Assembly (NCBI GenBank): GCA_965112735.1
Contig: OZ218955.1
Location: 2,542,001 to 2,606,000 of the forward strand
Source of the DNA: Phaeosaccion multiseriatum
Taxonomy: Eukaryota; Protista; Ochrophyta, other classes
DNA: 64,000 nucleotides
Direction of reading: 5' to 3'
Each line of letters starts with the position of its first letter. Positions within the stretch are counted from its first letter, which is position 1. Both the position numbers and the translations under genes were made by a program. Shown here piece after piece: positions 1 through 24,450 of the stretch. The notes beneath the pieces were generated by a model. It saw only the letters and a list, made by a program, of their open reading frames with translations, made no database searches and had not been told where the DNA came from.

Positions 1-30
1 AGGAAGGAAAGCGGTCCAGCCTGGACTCAC

Positions 31-12280
<12,250 letters not shown>

Positions 12281-12868
12281 TGTATTAGCCTTGGTGGGGA
12301 GCAGAAGAAGAAGGGAGGCAGGGAGGGAGGAGAGGGAGGGCAGGAGCATGAGGGTTGATTGCCTTCCATTCCCTCGGCTCCGCGGACCGCCACCTGACCG
12401 ACCTCACCTGCTGTTGCTTCTTGCTTGACTTTCTTGGACCCTGCCTGCTCGCTCTGGACTCTGCCTTAGCTCCGGTGGAAGGCACGATGGGCAATTCTCT
12501 CAGGACCCTGCTCGCTGTGGACTCTGCTTAGCTCCAGTGGAAGGCAGGCCCGACGGGTACACCCGCCCTGCCTGCTCCCTATTCTTTTAAAATAAAAAAG
12601 AAAACCAGAAGGAAGGCTTGTCGCTCCTTTAAGCACCACCAATGTCTCCGTGTCGGGGGTGAGCCTCCCCCTTCCTTTCTCTCTTTCTCCTCTTGCTGTG
12701 CTATTCACTGCGGATTAGCTATGAGAAGAAAGTAATGTTGCCGTCGCTCGAATGAATATGAATATAAATACATGTGGCGGTGGCGGTCTAAAAAAAAAAT
12801 TCTGTAACTGTTTGCAGTGTGCTGAAACGTCTCGACTACGGGGGGGGCTGGCTTCTACGGGCTCTGGG

Positions 12869-12901
<33 letters not shown>

Positions 12902-14498
12902 ACTGCTGCCAGCTTTGCCCTCCAGAGCCATACCGTCACTACTCTGGGAACCCGCCCCGCCCTGGCGCCTCTTCGCCGTTCCGTGTGCCCGCTGTAAGCC
13001 TCCGAGCCAGGGCAGTGGCGACCCTTCTCGGAACAGCTCTCAACAACCACCTAGTGGTCTGTTGCTCACTCCAATCCTCCTACAAGTGACGTAGAAGATA
13101 TGTAGATGTGAAGTGATGATGTATTGATAGATTTCGTCCTGACACTTATCCTAGTGCCTTGCCTGTCCCTTTGCCTTTGTTCCTTCCCTTGCCCTGTCTC
13201 GCCTACTTGCCACTGACCACAACCACCCGCCCATAGACCGAAACCACCCGCATTAACCCGAAATAGACCCTTTGGACCTCAAATATCGATGCCCTTGCCC
13301 ATACACCTACACCGCTGCGCCTCGCTCGTATACGAACAAGCAAATGAAATGGAGGCACACAGAATGTCAGTCATGGTGATGTATATACAGCGAAAACAAC
13401 GGTTGCTCCCGCTGCGCGGAGACAGCCTCTTCGAGTCGGTCATGCCAGCAAGAGAACCGCCAGCCACCCCCGCCCCTCGATCCTTGAGGCCCACGCGCTC
13501 TCCCTCCCTCACCCTGCCCAGCTAGTAACTAACCCACGACCCAGTCGCTCCACCCTGCTACTCATTGCCTTGCTCAGCCACCCTCACTCCATCACAGCCA
13601 CTCAGTGAGTGTCACACACTCTGGTCGCCCATCAGCAACATCTGGGCGACCAGGCCAGCACTCACTCGCACATTTTTTTCGCTCGGCTAACCCTGCCTGC
13701 TCACCTGCCGGGCTTTGCCTCTCCCAATCGGTCGGCTGAACCACAGCTGGAGGTGTTTATCCAAAAATGTTCAGCCGCCAATGCTGCGAACCAGTGGATG
13801 GTATCTGTCGCCGTGAGAGCATTCTGGAGCCTGGCTGGTTGGGCCGGGATTACGAATCTGGGCGGGGTTGGGTTCTTGGCTTGCCGTGGCTGGCTGGTGG
13901 GTGGCTGGGGGTACGAGTAGGCGCTCTGACAAACAAATCCCCCTCGAGCTTTCCTTGTAGCCAGCCATGGCGGTTCTCATCTCGCCTGGATGCTTCACAC
14001 TGAAACCAGACCCAGCCGACGACTTTCCGTCCGTCCTACTGCCGCCGACGCTGCTAGTCGTATAGTAGTGCTTGCTTGGAGAAGAAGCAATGCCCTCGAC
14101 GGAGAGTCCTCGCTCCCTATTGGTGTAGCCTCGATAATGTGCTGCAGAGGGGCTCGCCTGTCCCGCGTCGTGGAGGGCCACGACGTCCCTCACCATGTAC
14201 ATGGAAAGCTCGATGCATGGTAGCTATTGCATTTGCCTGCGGGGAAGGAGGCCCGCCAGGCAGCAGGACGAGGCGAGGCAATCCGAGGCAGGAGCATCAA
14301 TGAATTAGATTGTCCAACACCCCCGCTCGCTCCCCAGCCAGGTTCACGGAGAGCGCTCGCAGAGGGGCTGACTCACCAGGTGGTACCTACTTGCATCTTG
14401 CCCCTGGGCCGTCAAAGATAGTCCCAATCCCGAGCTTCCGGTCTGTCGGGACACTTTCTCTCAAATTGAAATCCAAATGAACGAAATTATAGGGGAGG

Positions 14499-14525
14499 TT
14501 CTCCCCGGGCGAAGCCCGGGGAGAA
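14499..14525. other. Perfect 12-bp hairpin with GAA triloop at the element 5' end
   Basis: TTCTCCCCGGGC-GAA-GCCCGGGGAGAA. Confidence 0.95.
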
Positions 14526-15351
14526 TTTTTCCTCCAAGTGAGTTTACGAGCGGGAGGGGAAACCTCCCTTCTTAATCCAGGGGGGTGCGTATTTTTGCCA
14601 AGGGGGGTCCTTAACTCGAAAATGTCGCTGCGTGCGTCCCTGTCTGCGCCCCCTTTTTCGTGCTTTAGACGGTCTTTCTCCACACACACTCCTCGGCGGA
14701 CCGAGCTTCTTTCACCAGCAGGCGCACCGAAAAAAGCGCTATCAATCCTCTAAGGTACTTCCCACCCCGTGGCGGACTGTGGGGCGAGAAAAATGCCATA
14801 AACTAGGTGTTTAAAAGACTTTGCGGAAAAATGGCACGGGCATGGACCACCAGCACCAGCTCCCTCACACCGCGGCAGCAGCAGCAGCAGCACCACAGCA
14901 GCTTCAGCTTTCTCATGGAAAACCACCTTCTGCAAGCCCGGGGAGAATTTTTCCTCCAAGCGAGTTAACGAGCGGGAGGGGAAACCTCCCTTCTTAATCC
15001 AGGGGGGCGCGTATTTTTGCCAAGGGGGGTCCTTATCTCGAAAATGTCGCTGGCTGCCTGCCTGCGCCCCCTTTTTCGTACTGTAGACGGTCTTTCTCCA
15101 CACACACTCCTCGGCGGACCGAGCTTCTTTCACCAGCAGGCGCACCGAAAAAAGCGCTATCAATCCTCTAAGGTACTTCCCACCCCGTGGCGGACTGTGG
15201 GGCGAGAAAAATGCCCTAAACTAGGTCTTTAAAAGACTTTGCGGAAAAATGGCACGGGCATGCACCACCAGCACCAGCTCCCTCACACCGCGGCAGCAGC
15301 AGCAGCAGCTCCACAGCAGCTTCAGCTTTCTCATGGAAAACCACCTTCTGC
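14512..15351. repeat. ~420-bp tandem duplication in the Helitron 5' region
   Basis: Copy 1 is 14512-14933 and copy 2 is 14934-15351; both start AAGCCCGGGGAGAA and end AACCACCTTCTGC, with scattered differences. Confidence 0.95.
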
Positions 15352-15508
15352 CTCTTGGCAGCAGCAGCAGCAGCAGTAGGACAGTCCTGTGGCCCTGCCC
15401 TCTGCTCCTGCACAGACCCCCGCCCGCCCCGCACTTGACACGATTTTTCAAAACGAAAGGGCATGATGGACCACCACCATCTCCCTCTTGGCCAGCTCCC
15501 CACAATTC

Positions 15509-15542
<34 letters not shown>

Positions 15543-15664
15543 CAGGAGCTTCAGCATCTGCCTCTGAGCCTTGGCAGCAAGCAGCAGCAGCACCAGCAGT
15601 ACTGTGGCCCTGTCCTCCTGCAGCCCCCGCCCGCCCCGGACTTGAGACGACTTTTGAAATCAAA

Positions 15665-17933
15665 ATGAAAGGGGCATGGAGCACCATCAGCTCCCTCTTG
15701 GCAGCAGCAGCAGCAGCACAGCTCTGTGGCCCTGCCCTCTCCTCCAGCCCCCCGTCGCCGGCACGGATGGATACTGAGGGGGGCTTCAGCCCCCCGTCAC
15801 CGGCACGACTCGACACTGGTGAGGGGAGCGACGCGGGAGATAGCGGCGCACTGCTCTACAGGGAGTTGTCTGGCCTCGACTCCAGCCCCCCTTCCGGAAC
15901 ACCGCCAACAAGGGCACGGGCACCGACACCAAGTAGGCGGGAAGAAGCAGCCCAAGGCACCGGCGGATTAGAACATACCCCACCATCCCGCGTTTCTGGT
16001 CCTTTACCCCGACGGCGACAACGCCGCCAGACGCCAGGATCATCACCTCAGCCACAGCCACCGCCAGCAGAGCCTGCAGCAGCTGCTGTTGTCGCACAAC
16101 CAGCAGGACTCCGGCCCAGACGCGTCGTCGCTCCTCCCGCGAGGCTGATTTCCCAGGAAGACCATAATGACGCGAGTAGTAACCAGGGAAGACGGAGGCA
16201 AAGGGGCAGAGGCAGCAGAGGCAGAGGGCGAAGCAGAGGGCGAAGCAGAGGGCGAGGCAGTGGAGGGGGCAGAGACAGCACCATTCAACAAGAACGGAGG
16301 GCGGCACATGCAGCAGCGGAGAGACGAAGGGTTAGCAACTTCAGTCCCGCCACAGCTCAGGCAAGGAGGACAACACATGCTGCAGCGCAGAGAGCACGGG
16401 AGGGTAACCAGAGTCCCGCCACAGCTCAGGCAAGGAGGACAACACGTGCTGCAGCGCAGAGAGCACGGGTGAACAACCTGAGTCCCGGTACAGCCCAAGC
16501 CCGGAGAATGACACGTGCTGCAGTGGAGAGCGCAAGAGTAAACAACCTCAGCCCCGCGTCACTGGCTGCGCATAGAGTGACGACGAATAGGCAGACTCGG
16601 ACGCGACGCGCGAGTAGCTCAGGAGGGGCTCGTCGTTCTTCTGCAGATGCTACTACTGATGCTGATGCTGATGCTGGTGGTGCTGGTGGTGCTGCTGATG
16701 CTGGTGCTGGTGGTGCTGGTGGTGTTGCTGGTGGTGGCCGATTCAGCTTTACTGCTCCTGAGGTAAGTGTACAAGTGATTGTCTCAATCTTGCCTGGGGC
16801 CTCGCATGCTACGTGCAAGCACTCACCACTCACACATTCCCCTCAAACCTCCCTGTGTGCCTGCAGGCACAACGCATGCTGAGCCAATTCTACAAAAATA
16901 TATACGAGTTCAAGCAACGACGGTGTGTGGATTGCCATGAAATGTGGCCGACTAGAGCTCGTGTCCAAGAGGGCGACGAGTACCGCTGTGAGATGTGTGT
17001 CACAGACCAGCGGACGCGCACCGGCCGTCCATCGGTTGAGCGCGGTGTGCCAAATGTGAGTTGATGGAGAGTCGCTTCTGCCTCTGCGTTTTGTGAAGTC
17101 GCTTCTGCCTCTTTGTGAAGACTCGGCTCACGTGTTTGTCCCTCCACATGTCCACCCCCCGCACTCACGCAGGTGCCTCTCTACGGTGAAGACAATGGGA
17201 TGTGGCCCGGTGCCGTTCCACGTGAGCTGCAGAATCTCACTGACCTGGAGGAGATGCTCATTGCCCGGTGCTGCCCTGTCATGCGCGTCTTCCGCCTCGT
17301 GGGTGGGCAGTACGGGTACTCTGGTCACGTCCTCAATCTCCCCCAAGACGTGCAGGCCTTGGCAAGGGCACTGCCAAGGCCTTTGACTGCGACGGAGCTT
17401 CCCATGGTCATGATTCGGCAAGAGGGGGCTGCCAACTCACAGTGGGGAGGACGCACTTTTCTCGTGCGCCGTCAGGTGGTTCACGATGCCTTGCGCTGGT
17501 TGCAGCAAAACAGTCCAGCGTACCGAGGCATCCATATCGACACCGCTGCCATCAGTAGGCTGCCTGAGCAGGAGAACATGGCCAACTCCATCCCCACCAT
17601 CATTGAGGAGCCTGTGGGAGGAGAGGCGGGGGGGGCAACAAGAATGGGGCGCAACGAGCCTGACGAGGATGGAGGGTATGAGGAGACCAAAGGCGAGGAC
17701 CCCGAGGAGGCCGAGGAGGAGGACAGACAAAGGCCAGACTTCCGCGACCTGGTGGGAGATGCACAACAGAATGATGGCCCTCATGGAGCGGCCGGTGTGG
17801 GGAGAGGCACCCCAGATGAGTTTCGCGTGGTCAGCAACCGTTTCGTGCCCTCACAGTGCATGGCCGACGAGCCAGAGGCAGCCATTGTCGGCGCCCAGGT
17901 GGAGCTCCTGCGGCAGCGTCTCCAGCGGGACCA

Positions 17934-17969
<36 letters not shown>

Positions 17970-17997
17970 TCAGCAACAGCAGCAGCAACAGCAGGAT

Positions 17998-18029
<32 letters not shown>

Positions 18030-20537
18030 ACAGCAACAGCAGCGGCCACAACAGCAGCGGCGGGGGCAGCAGCAGCAGGGAGGCGGGCCCCCAGTCGTAC
18101 CCTATCCAGCGCAAGGGGCTCCACTCAATGACATGACGGAGCCCTACATTGCGAGCATGGCTTTCCCCTGTTTGTTTCCGAACACTGTCGGGGACCCTAG
18201 CCTCAGAGAGCGCCGACGGCCTGTCGGTTTGGCGGATCACCTGTCGCACCTCATGCGTTTTGCTGATGTCAACGAAGCTACTGGCGAGTTCCACTACCGA
18301 TTCGCCTCGCACTCTCTCTTTCGCTATTGGGCACTGGACACAAAGCATCGGCGTCAGGCGCTTCAGCAGTGTAACGTGTACTTGCGTCAGAATCCGGAAG
18401 ATGCGCAGATGCCCATTGATGCGCTGGAGGAGAACATTCGGCAGAATGCGCGTGCCGTGATGGGCCGCATGTGTCGCTACACGGGCAATATTCAGGGGAC
18501 GGATGGGTATTGGCTGTGTGAGCGAGAGAAGCTGGAAGCCGCGGCAGCGGTGCTGGAGTCTCTCACCGTCTTTGTGACCTACTCCTTCGCCGACTGCCAT
18601 TGGTACGATCTTCACAGGCTCATGCCTGGGGCCTCAGCTGCTGGTGCTCCTCCTGACTTTACGGCACGGACTCGCAATCTCATTGCCAACCCCCATCTGG
18701 CGGACTGGTGGTTTGCGACTCGGATGAACGAGTGGAACAGCCTCTTCAATCAGCTCTGTGACGTTCTCTGGGGGTGGTCTCGGTATGAATGGCAAGCGCG
18801 TGCTGCCGTACATTCTCATGGCTGCTCGGCTTGGGGGCAGTGCCAGCCTCAGCCCAGAGAGAGGCTGTGTGCCCTCTCCAACACGGCTCTTGAGGGCGAG
18901 CTGGCTCGACGGCAGCTGGACCGTCATGGCGTCGACATGTCGCAGGAGGAGCGAGGTGCGTAGGGTTCGTCGTCCCCATTTGCTGTTTTCGCCTCTCCTC
19001 TCCCCTCCTTACTTACTTTCTCCCTACCCTGCCTGTTCGTTTCCGCCCACACCAGAGGCTTTGAGGCAGGCCTACCGGGCGGGTCGAGATGCAGAAAATG
19101 GCATCCTCTCCTTCCTGGACCAGGTCGTTCATTTCACAGCCTCCAATCCTTCTGTTCCTGCTGACGTCGCCATGACTGATGAGCAACGAGCCGCTGCACA
19201 AGCTTGCCTCTCCGAAGACCTCAGCGCCTTTGACTGGCGAGACCCAAACGAGGTGAGCCAGTCGCCAGGGGCTTTGGATGCTGTACACAAGGGCAGACAC
19301 ACATGGGTCGAGGGCGGGGTGATTTACGTACACCAGTAGCATTGCTTTGGCTGACCAGCGCTGTCACCATCTGTTGCTGCTGCTGTATCACCAACTGCTG
19401 CATTTTTTTTCTTTCTTCTTTCCCTTCCCTTTCCACGTGCTGCTCCGCCAGCTGCAGACGCGGTACAGCGCCCTTCTCAACGCCTGCGAGAGGCATGTTC
19501 GATGTGGCCCCTACTGCCAGAGGCCGAATGCCCAGGGCGAGATGGTGTGCCGCTTTGGCTTTCCCTTTCCGGATGAGGAGCGTATGCGAATCGAGTACCA
19601 CCCCCTCGTTGCCAACCCAGAGCCACACCAGGTACGAGAGAGGGGAGAGGTGAAAAAGACATGCAAAGCAGCCAAGCACGTAACCAAGCACAACAATGCC
19701 AGTCAATGGCTCACCCCAACCCTCCCTCTCCTCCCCGCTTGCGCAGTGGCAAGTGCGCGTGGTGCCACCCCGCAACGACCCCCTTTGCAACAGACACATG
19801 CCTCTCATGCTGCTTGGATGGGGAGCAAATGTGGATGCCTCTTTCATTGTCGACAATGGGCAAGCGAGGGAGTACATGGTCAAGTACGCGAGCAAGGGCG
19901 AGAAACGGACACGGGAAGCGCAGCGATTCTTTGAGGACATCATTAGGGATTGTGCGGCGATAGAACCCGGCGGTACCGTTCCTACTACTGCTTCTTTGCT
20001 GAGGAGGGTGATGATGCGCGCGTCCACTCATCGTGACATGGGGGCTCAGGAGGTTGCCCACCACCTCATGAGCGTGCCAGCAGTGGTGCACAACCTCCAG
20101 TTCGTTAACGTCCCGGACGTCATCCAACCACATCGCCAAGTGTCGGAGGAGGGAGTGCAGTCTACCCTGGTCGACGCCTACGCCAATCGTATGAACGCCA
20201 CTGCATGGAACCCCAGCCCAGCAACGAGGAGGCCGTCTGACGCTGTCCTACGGGCCATGCCTTGGACCGACTTCGTCGAGACCTTCTATCTCCCCAGGGC
20301 GCAGCGTGGAGGTGGTGCGCGTCTCATCTCCCGTCATGCTCAAGCCCGGGCGAGAAGACGAGTCCATCGCTACCCACACATGCCGCCTTCCCTACGAGGG
20401 GGGGAGCGCTATACTGACTATTGCCTCCAAGGACTCGTTCGCTTCCGGCCATGGACTCGCAATTGGTGGGATGCTCTTCGTCCACTGCCTCAGGACCAGC
20501 AGCAGCAGCAGCAGCAGGAGCAGCAGCAGCAGCAGCA

Positions 20538-20577
<40 letters not shown>

Positions 20578-23500
20578 GCACGACCTGATCTGGAGAGCGC
20601 TCAAGTCAGGCGTGAGATCCAGGAGCTGTGGAGGACTTTCGCTGAGAGCGTGCTGTCTCGGCCATTGGCCGAGAGGCCAATAGGTTTCGCGGCGGAGGAT
20701 GTGCGCCCCACATCTGTGGCCTCCCATGGTCCTGGGCGGGGGAGGCTTCGGTTCAGGGCGATGGGAGCTGTAGACGACGAGGACGACACGCTTGACATTG
20801 ACGAGCGTGGTGGGGCGCGCGGCAATCACGACTTCCTCTCTCGACAGGCTGCCGCTCGACAGGCGGCACAGCAGCAAGCTCTCGAGGCAGATCCTGCGGA
20901 TGACGTGCAGTATGAGGCTGACCCGAACTTCAACTGGGCCGCCAGCGCGTCTCCTTTGCAGGGAGTTCTCACGCCGGAGCATGTGGAGCGACTCATCCAG
21001 GCCGGCAGTCGGGGTTGGGTGACCTCCATGAGAAGCAGGGCAGGAGGGGCCTCAAGCATGGAGAGACCGAGCGTGGAGAGGACGGGGCTCAACGAGGCGC
21101 AGGCACTTGCGTACGACACCGTCATCAATCACGCCGCCGCTCTGGACGCGTCGAGAGCAGCACCTGCGTCCTCGCCGCCGCCAGAGGCCCTTCTGATGGT
21201 GCTCACAGGGACCGCTGGGACGGGCAAGACGCGTGCCATCAACGCCATCGTGCATACCTTGGGGGAGCGGCGGGTACGCTTGATGGCTCCCACTGGCAAT
21301 GCGGCTCAGCTCATTGGCGGAACCACCATCCACTCCGGCTTCAACCTCGGGACTGGGACTGGGACTCGGACTGAGCTTCCGGACCTGAGCGGCGAGCAGC
21401 TGCGACGCCTCCAAGACTCCCTGCAAGACGTGGACTACATCATCATCGATGAGCTGTCCATGATGAGCCGGGATCTGTTGGGGCAGATCGACGCGAGATG
21501 TCGACAGGCACGACCTCGCACCAGGCATCTCCCCTTCGGCGGGCTCAGCATCATCATGGCAGGCGACCCCTTGCAACTGCCACCGGTAGGGGGCGAGCCC
21601 TTGTGGGGCGGCAGACCGAGTCAGTCTCGTGGCCCACCCTCAGCAAACAGCATCGCAGGCAGGGCGGCGTGGGAGAGCATCAGTGTTGTCGTCCAGCTGA
21701 CTGAGGTGATGAGGCAGGACGGGGAGGCGCAGGCGGCTTTTCGCGCCACACTTGGCAGGATGGCACGAGGCGCTGTGACGCGCGAGGACTATGAGCTTCT
21801 CAGCACGCGTTTCCGCACCAACCTCTCTCGGGAGGAGCAGGAACGCTTCGCTTCTGCTCCTCATCTCTACCCGACCAATGCCCAGGCCGACAGGCGCAAC
21901 ACTGAGCAGCTCAACGCGCTTGAGAGCGATGTTGCGCGCATCGATGCTGAGCACTCCACCCCAGGAGACTGCAACATGGATGACAAGTACTTTCGCCAAT
22001 TGCGAGCCCGCCTGTACTTGGGTGTTGGCACAGAGGTCATGCTCAACAGCAACATTTGGACCGCGGCGGGGCTGAGCAATGGGTCGAGAGGCAGGGTCGT
22101 GCACATTCACTGGGCTGAGGGGACACGCCCCCCTCAGCTTCCCTTGGCTGTGTTTGTGCATTTCCCGGGCTACCGGGGCGAGCAGTTCTTCAGTCCTGAG
22201 GAGATTGCTCGGCGTCCTGATCTTCGCAACGTCATTCCAATCTCGCCCATGACCGTGCCATGTGATCACTCTGTGGCGGTTAGGGGACAGAGGAACAGGC
22301 TGAGGCGCCCACAAAGGCGTCAGCTACCGCTCTTTCTGGCCTGGGGCATGACGATTCACCGTGCCCAAGGACTGTCTACCCCTCTGGCCGTCATTGACTT
22401 GGGAGACACTGGAGACCAGAGCGATGGGCTGTCCTTCACTGGCACTAGTCGCGTGCCTGAGTTAGAGAACGCGCTTCTCGAGCCCTTCTCCGAGGAGAGG
22501 CTGCGCAGAATTGGTACCAGTGCCACTTTCGCGCTGCGGACGGCCGCCGTGGATAGATTGGGCAATTTGGCCCGCACATACAGGACCCAGGTGGGCAGGC
22601 CTGAGCCGGCAGAGGGAGCTGCCCGCCGGACGGCCCCGGATTGGGATGGGACGATGTCCCTGCCGCGGCAGGGCGGGGCAGCCGGTGCTGCGGCAGGGGC
22701 AGGTGGTGCTCGAGGAGGGGGAGGAGGTGCTGGGCGTGGTGGACGTGGAGGTGGTGGTGGTGCGGCTGGTGGTGCGGCAGGGGCAGCTGGTGCTCGAGGC
22801 GCGGGAGGTGCTGGGCGTGGTGGACGTGGACGTGGTGGTGGTGCGGCTGGTGCTGCGGCAGGGGCAGCTGGTGCTCGAGGAGGGGGAGGTGCTGGGCGTG
22901 GTGGACGTGGACGTGCTCGAGGAGGTCAAGGTAGAGGTGGTGCTGGGCTTGGTGGACGTGTGGATGAAGGAGCTGGTGCTCGTCTGTGGGCTGACGTTGC
23001 TCGAGGAGGGGGTGGTGCTCGTGCCGGAGCGGGGGGTGCTCGAGGAGGAGGTGGTGCAGCTGATGGAGCAGCTGGTGCTCAGTCATGGGCTGATGTTGCT
23101 CGAGGACGGGGGGCCGAAGCTTCGGTACAGCTACTTCAGCAGGGGCTTACCGCTCAGGCCAGGACCCGGGGTGGCGCGAGGCGGGCGACAGCCTCGTTCC
23201 TGTTCGTTCCTTTGCTCAGAGCCGCGCTTGATGAGGGTCGTCGTAACCTCCGAGACACCCCGTTGTGGGAGGTGCCTGGATTTCAAGCTTGGGTTGAGCA
23301 CTTGGGGGGCCACCTGAATGCGAGGGGCTTCGGCACCCATGTCGAGGGGGGGGACGGCATGCATTTGCCCGATGGTAGGGCCATCCTCAACCAACGCACA
23401 GGCTACATCGAGGCAAACGTGCAAGAGTATCTCCTGTACAGCGCCAATGCCCGCGCCGCGGAGCAGTTGCGAACCTGGCTCGATGGTGTGGTGGGCGCCA

Positions 23501-23754
23501 ACGATGTCGTTCTTTCGGAGGAGGAGCGTAGCGTGCCAGTGGACGCACGCATTGCCGGCACCGTCAGTATGCCTCTTGAGATCCAGCAGCGTGAGGACCA
23601 ACAGCAGGTAGACGCGTGGTTGGCTCAGGAGTTTCTTGATGAGCACGAACCGTGGGGTGATGCTGCCTCACCCCTCCAGCTGCCGTCACGGCGGGGTGGG
23701 TCTGGCCCTAACCTGGGCCCACCAGGCCAGCGCCATTTACATTTCCGTATGTAA
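15665..23754 (+). CDS. Helitron RepHel transposase, 6 exons, ~2,480 aa
   Basis: Exons 15665-16762, 16867-17055, 17173-18955, 19056-19252, 19452-19631, 19747-23754 join in frame; the start codon is uncertain. Domains: CxxC..CxxC; DUF6570-like VPRELQNLTDLEEMLIAR..YSGHVLNLPQDV; Rep motifs VFVTYSFADCHW, RYEWQARAAVHSHG (HUH) and YMVKYASK (Y2), plus CRFGFP and RDMGAQEV; PIF1 motifs GTAGTGKT, APTGNAA, TIHS, IIIDELSM, PFGG..GDPLQLPPV, LTEVMRQ, QLPLFLAWGMTIHRAQG, SRV. Confidence 0.95.
16343..16618 (+). repeat. 69-bp / 23-aa coding repeat (STPR-like) in the RepHel N-terminus
   Basis: Units start at 16343, 16412, 16481 and 16550: SPATAQARRTTHAAAQRAREGNQ and variants. Confidence 0.85.
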
Positions 23755-24016
23755 TTAGTTATGTAAATAAAAAACTTCCCACTTTTGCCCGCGCCTTCTT
23801 GGGTTCTGTCTCTGTACTACAGTAAGTAAAGCATACGGCTCCACAAGAAATACCATCCCAGCTTGCCTGACGCAGTTACGGGAGAACCTCCCCTGCCACG
23901 CTCTTCTTGTACAGCCTCCCATCGTACTTGAGAAGCTCCCCCCCCGTTTTGTGTAGCGCGACGTCCAGGCTCTGATTGGTACTTGAAGAGGAGAGAGCGA
24001 TAAAGCAGAGGGCACG

Positions 24017-24450
24017 ATGAGTAGCACACGGAAGGGCAAGTCGAGTGGGGGGATAGGCGATAACGTGAAGGTGTTCATGGCACGGGAGGCGCAGCTGAAG
24101 GAAGCCGCCATTCACGTACAGGAGGATCAAAAGGTGGCAGCCAAGTGCTACTGGAGCAACAAATCAGGAGAGCGGGTGAGGCAGTTGTTGGTGTCGCTTT
24201 GGGAAGAAGAATAGAGGGACGAGTGTTGTTGCTTTGCCTCACCGTCCCACGCTTGTCTCTCTATGTGCAGGCGAAACGAGAGGCGCTCTCACGGAGGGCA
24301 AAGGAGCAGACGGAGGAGATGGTCAGGATGAACGAGGAGCTCACGCAGAAGCGATCGGCGCGGCTCAAGGTCCTCTACGATGAAGACGAGGCGAGGTATG
24401 AGCAGGAGCTCAACAGCAAGGGCCTAGCGATGGTGCGAGACAGAGGGTGA
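24017..24450 (+). CDS. CFAP141: CFAP141 (C1orf189)-like ciliary protein, 112 aa, 2 exons
   Basis: Exons 24017-24175 and 24271-24450. C-terminus ELTQKRSARLKVLYDEDEARYEQELNSKGLA resembles the CFAP141 C-terminus as I recall it; size and central Trp fit. Inverted CCAAT (ATTGG) near 23975. Confidence 0.7.

Larger units (their letters stand above)
14491..23894 (+). mobile_element. Autonomous Helitron2/Helentron-type rolling-circle transposon (3' terminus probably a few tens of bp beyond 23894)
   Basis: Encodes an intact RepHel. 15-bp inverted repeats AGGGGAGGTTCTCCC (14491-14505) and GGGAGAACCTCCCCT (23880-23894). The left repeat overlaps a perfect hairpin. No target-site duplication seen. Confidence 0.85.

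Noticed and set aside
19696-23754. Host PIF1 helicase gene
   Set aside because: Fused in frame to HUH/Y2 Rep and DUF6570-like regions and bracketed by inverted repeats, so it is a Helitron RepHel.
23755-24016. Canonical Helitron 3' end (GC hairpin + CTRR) or a TSD
   Set aside because: Only a weak imperfect stem (~23903-23936) was found, with no hairpin-CTRR; the flanks of the inverted repeats share no duplication.
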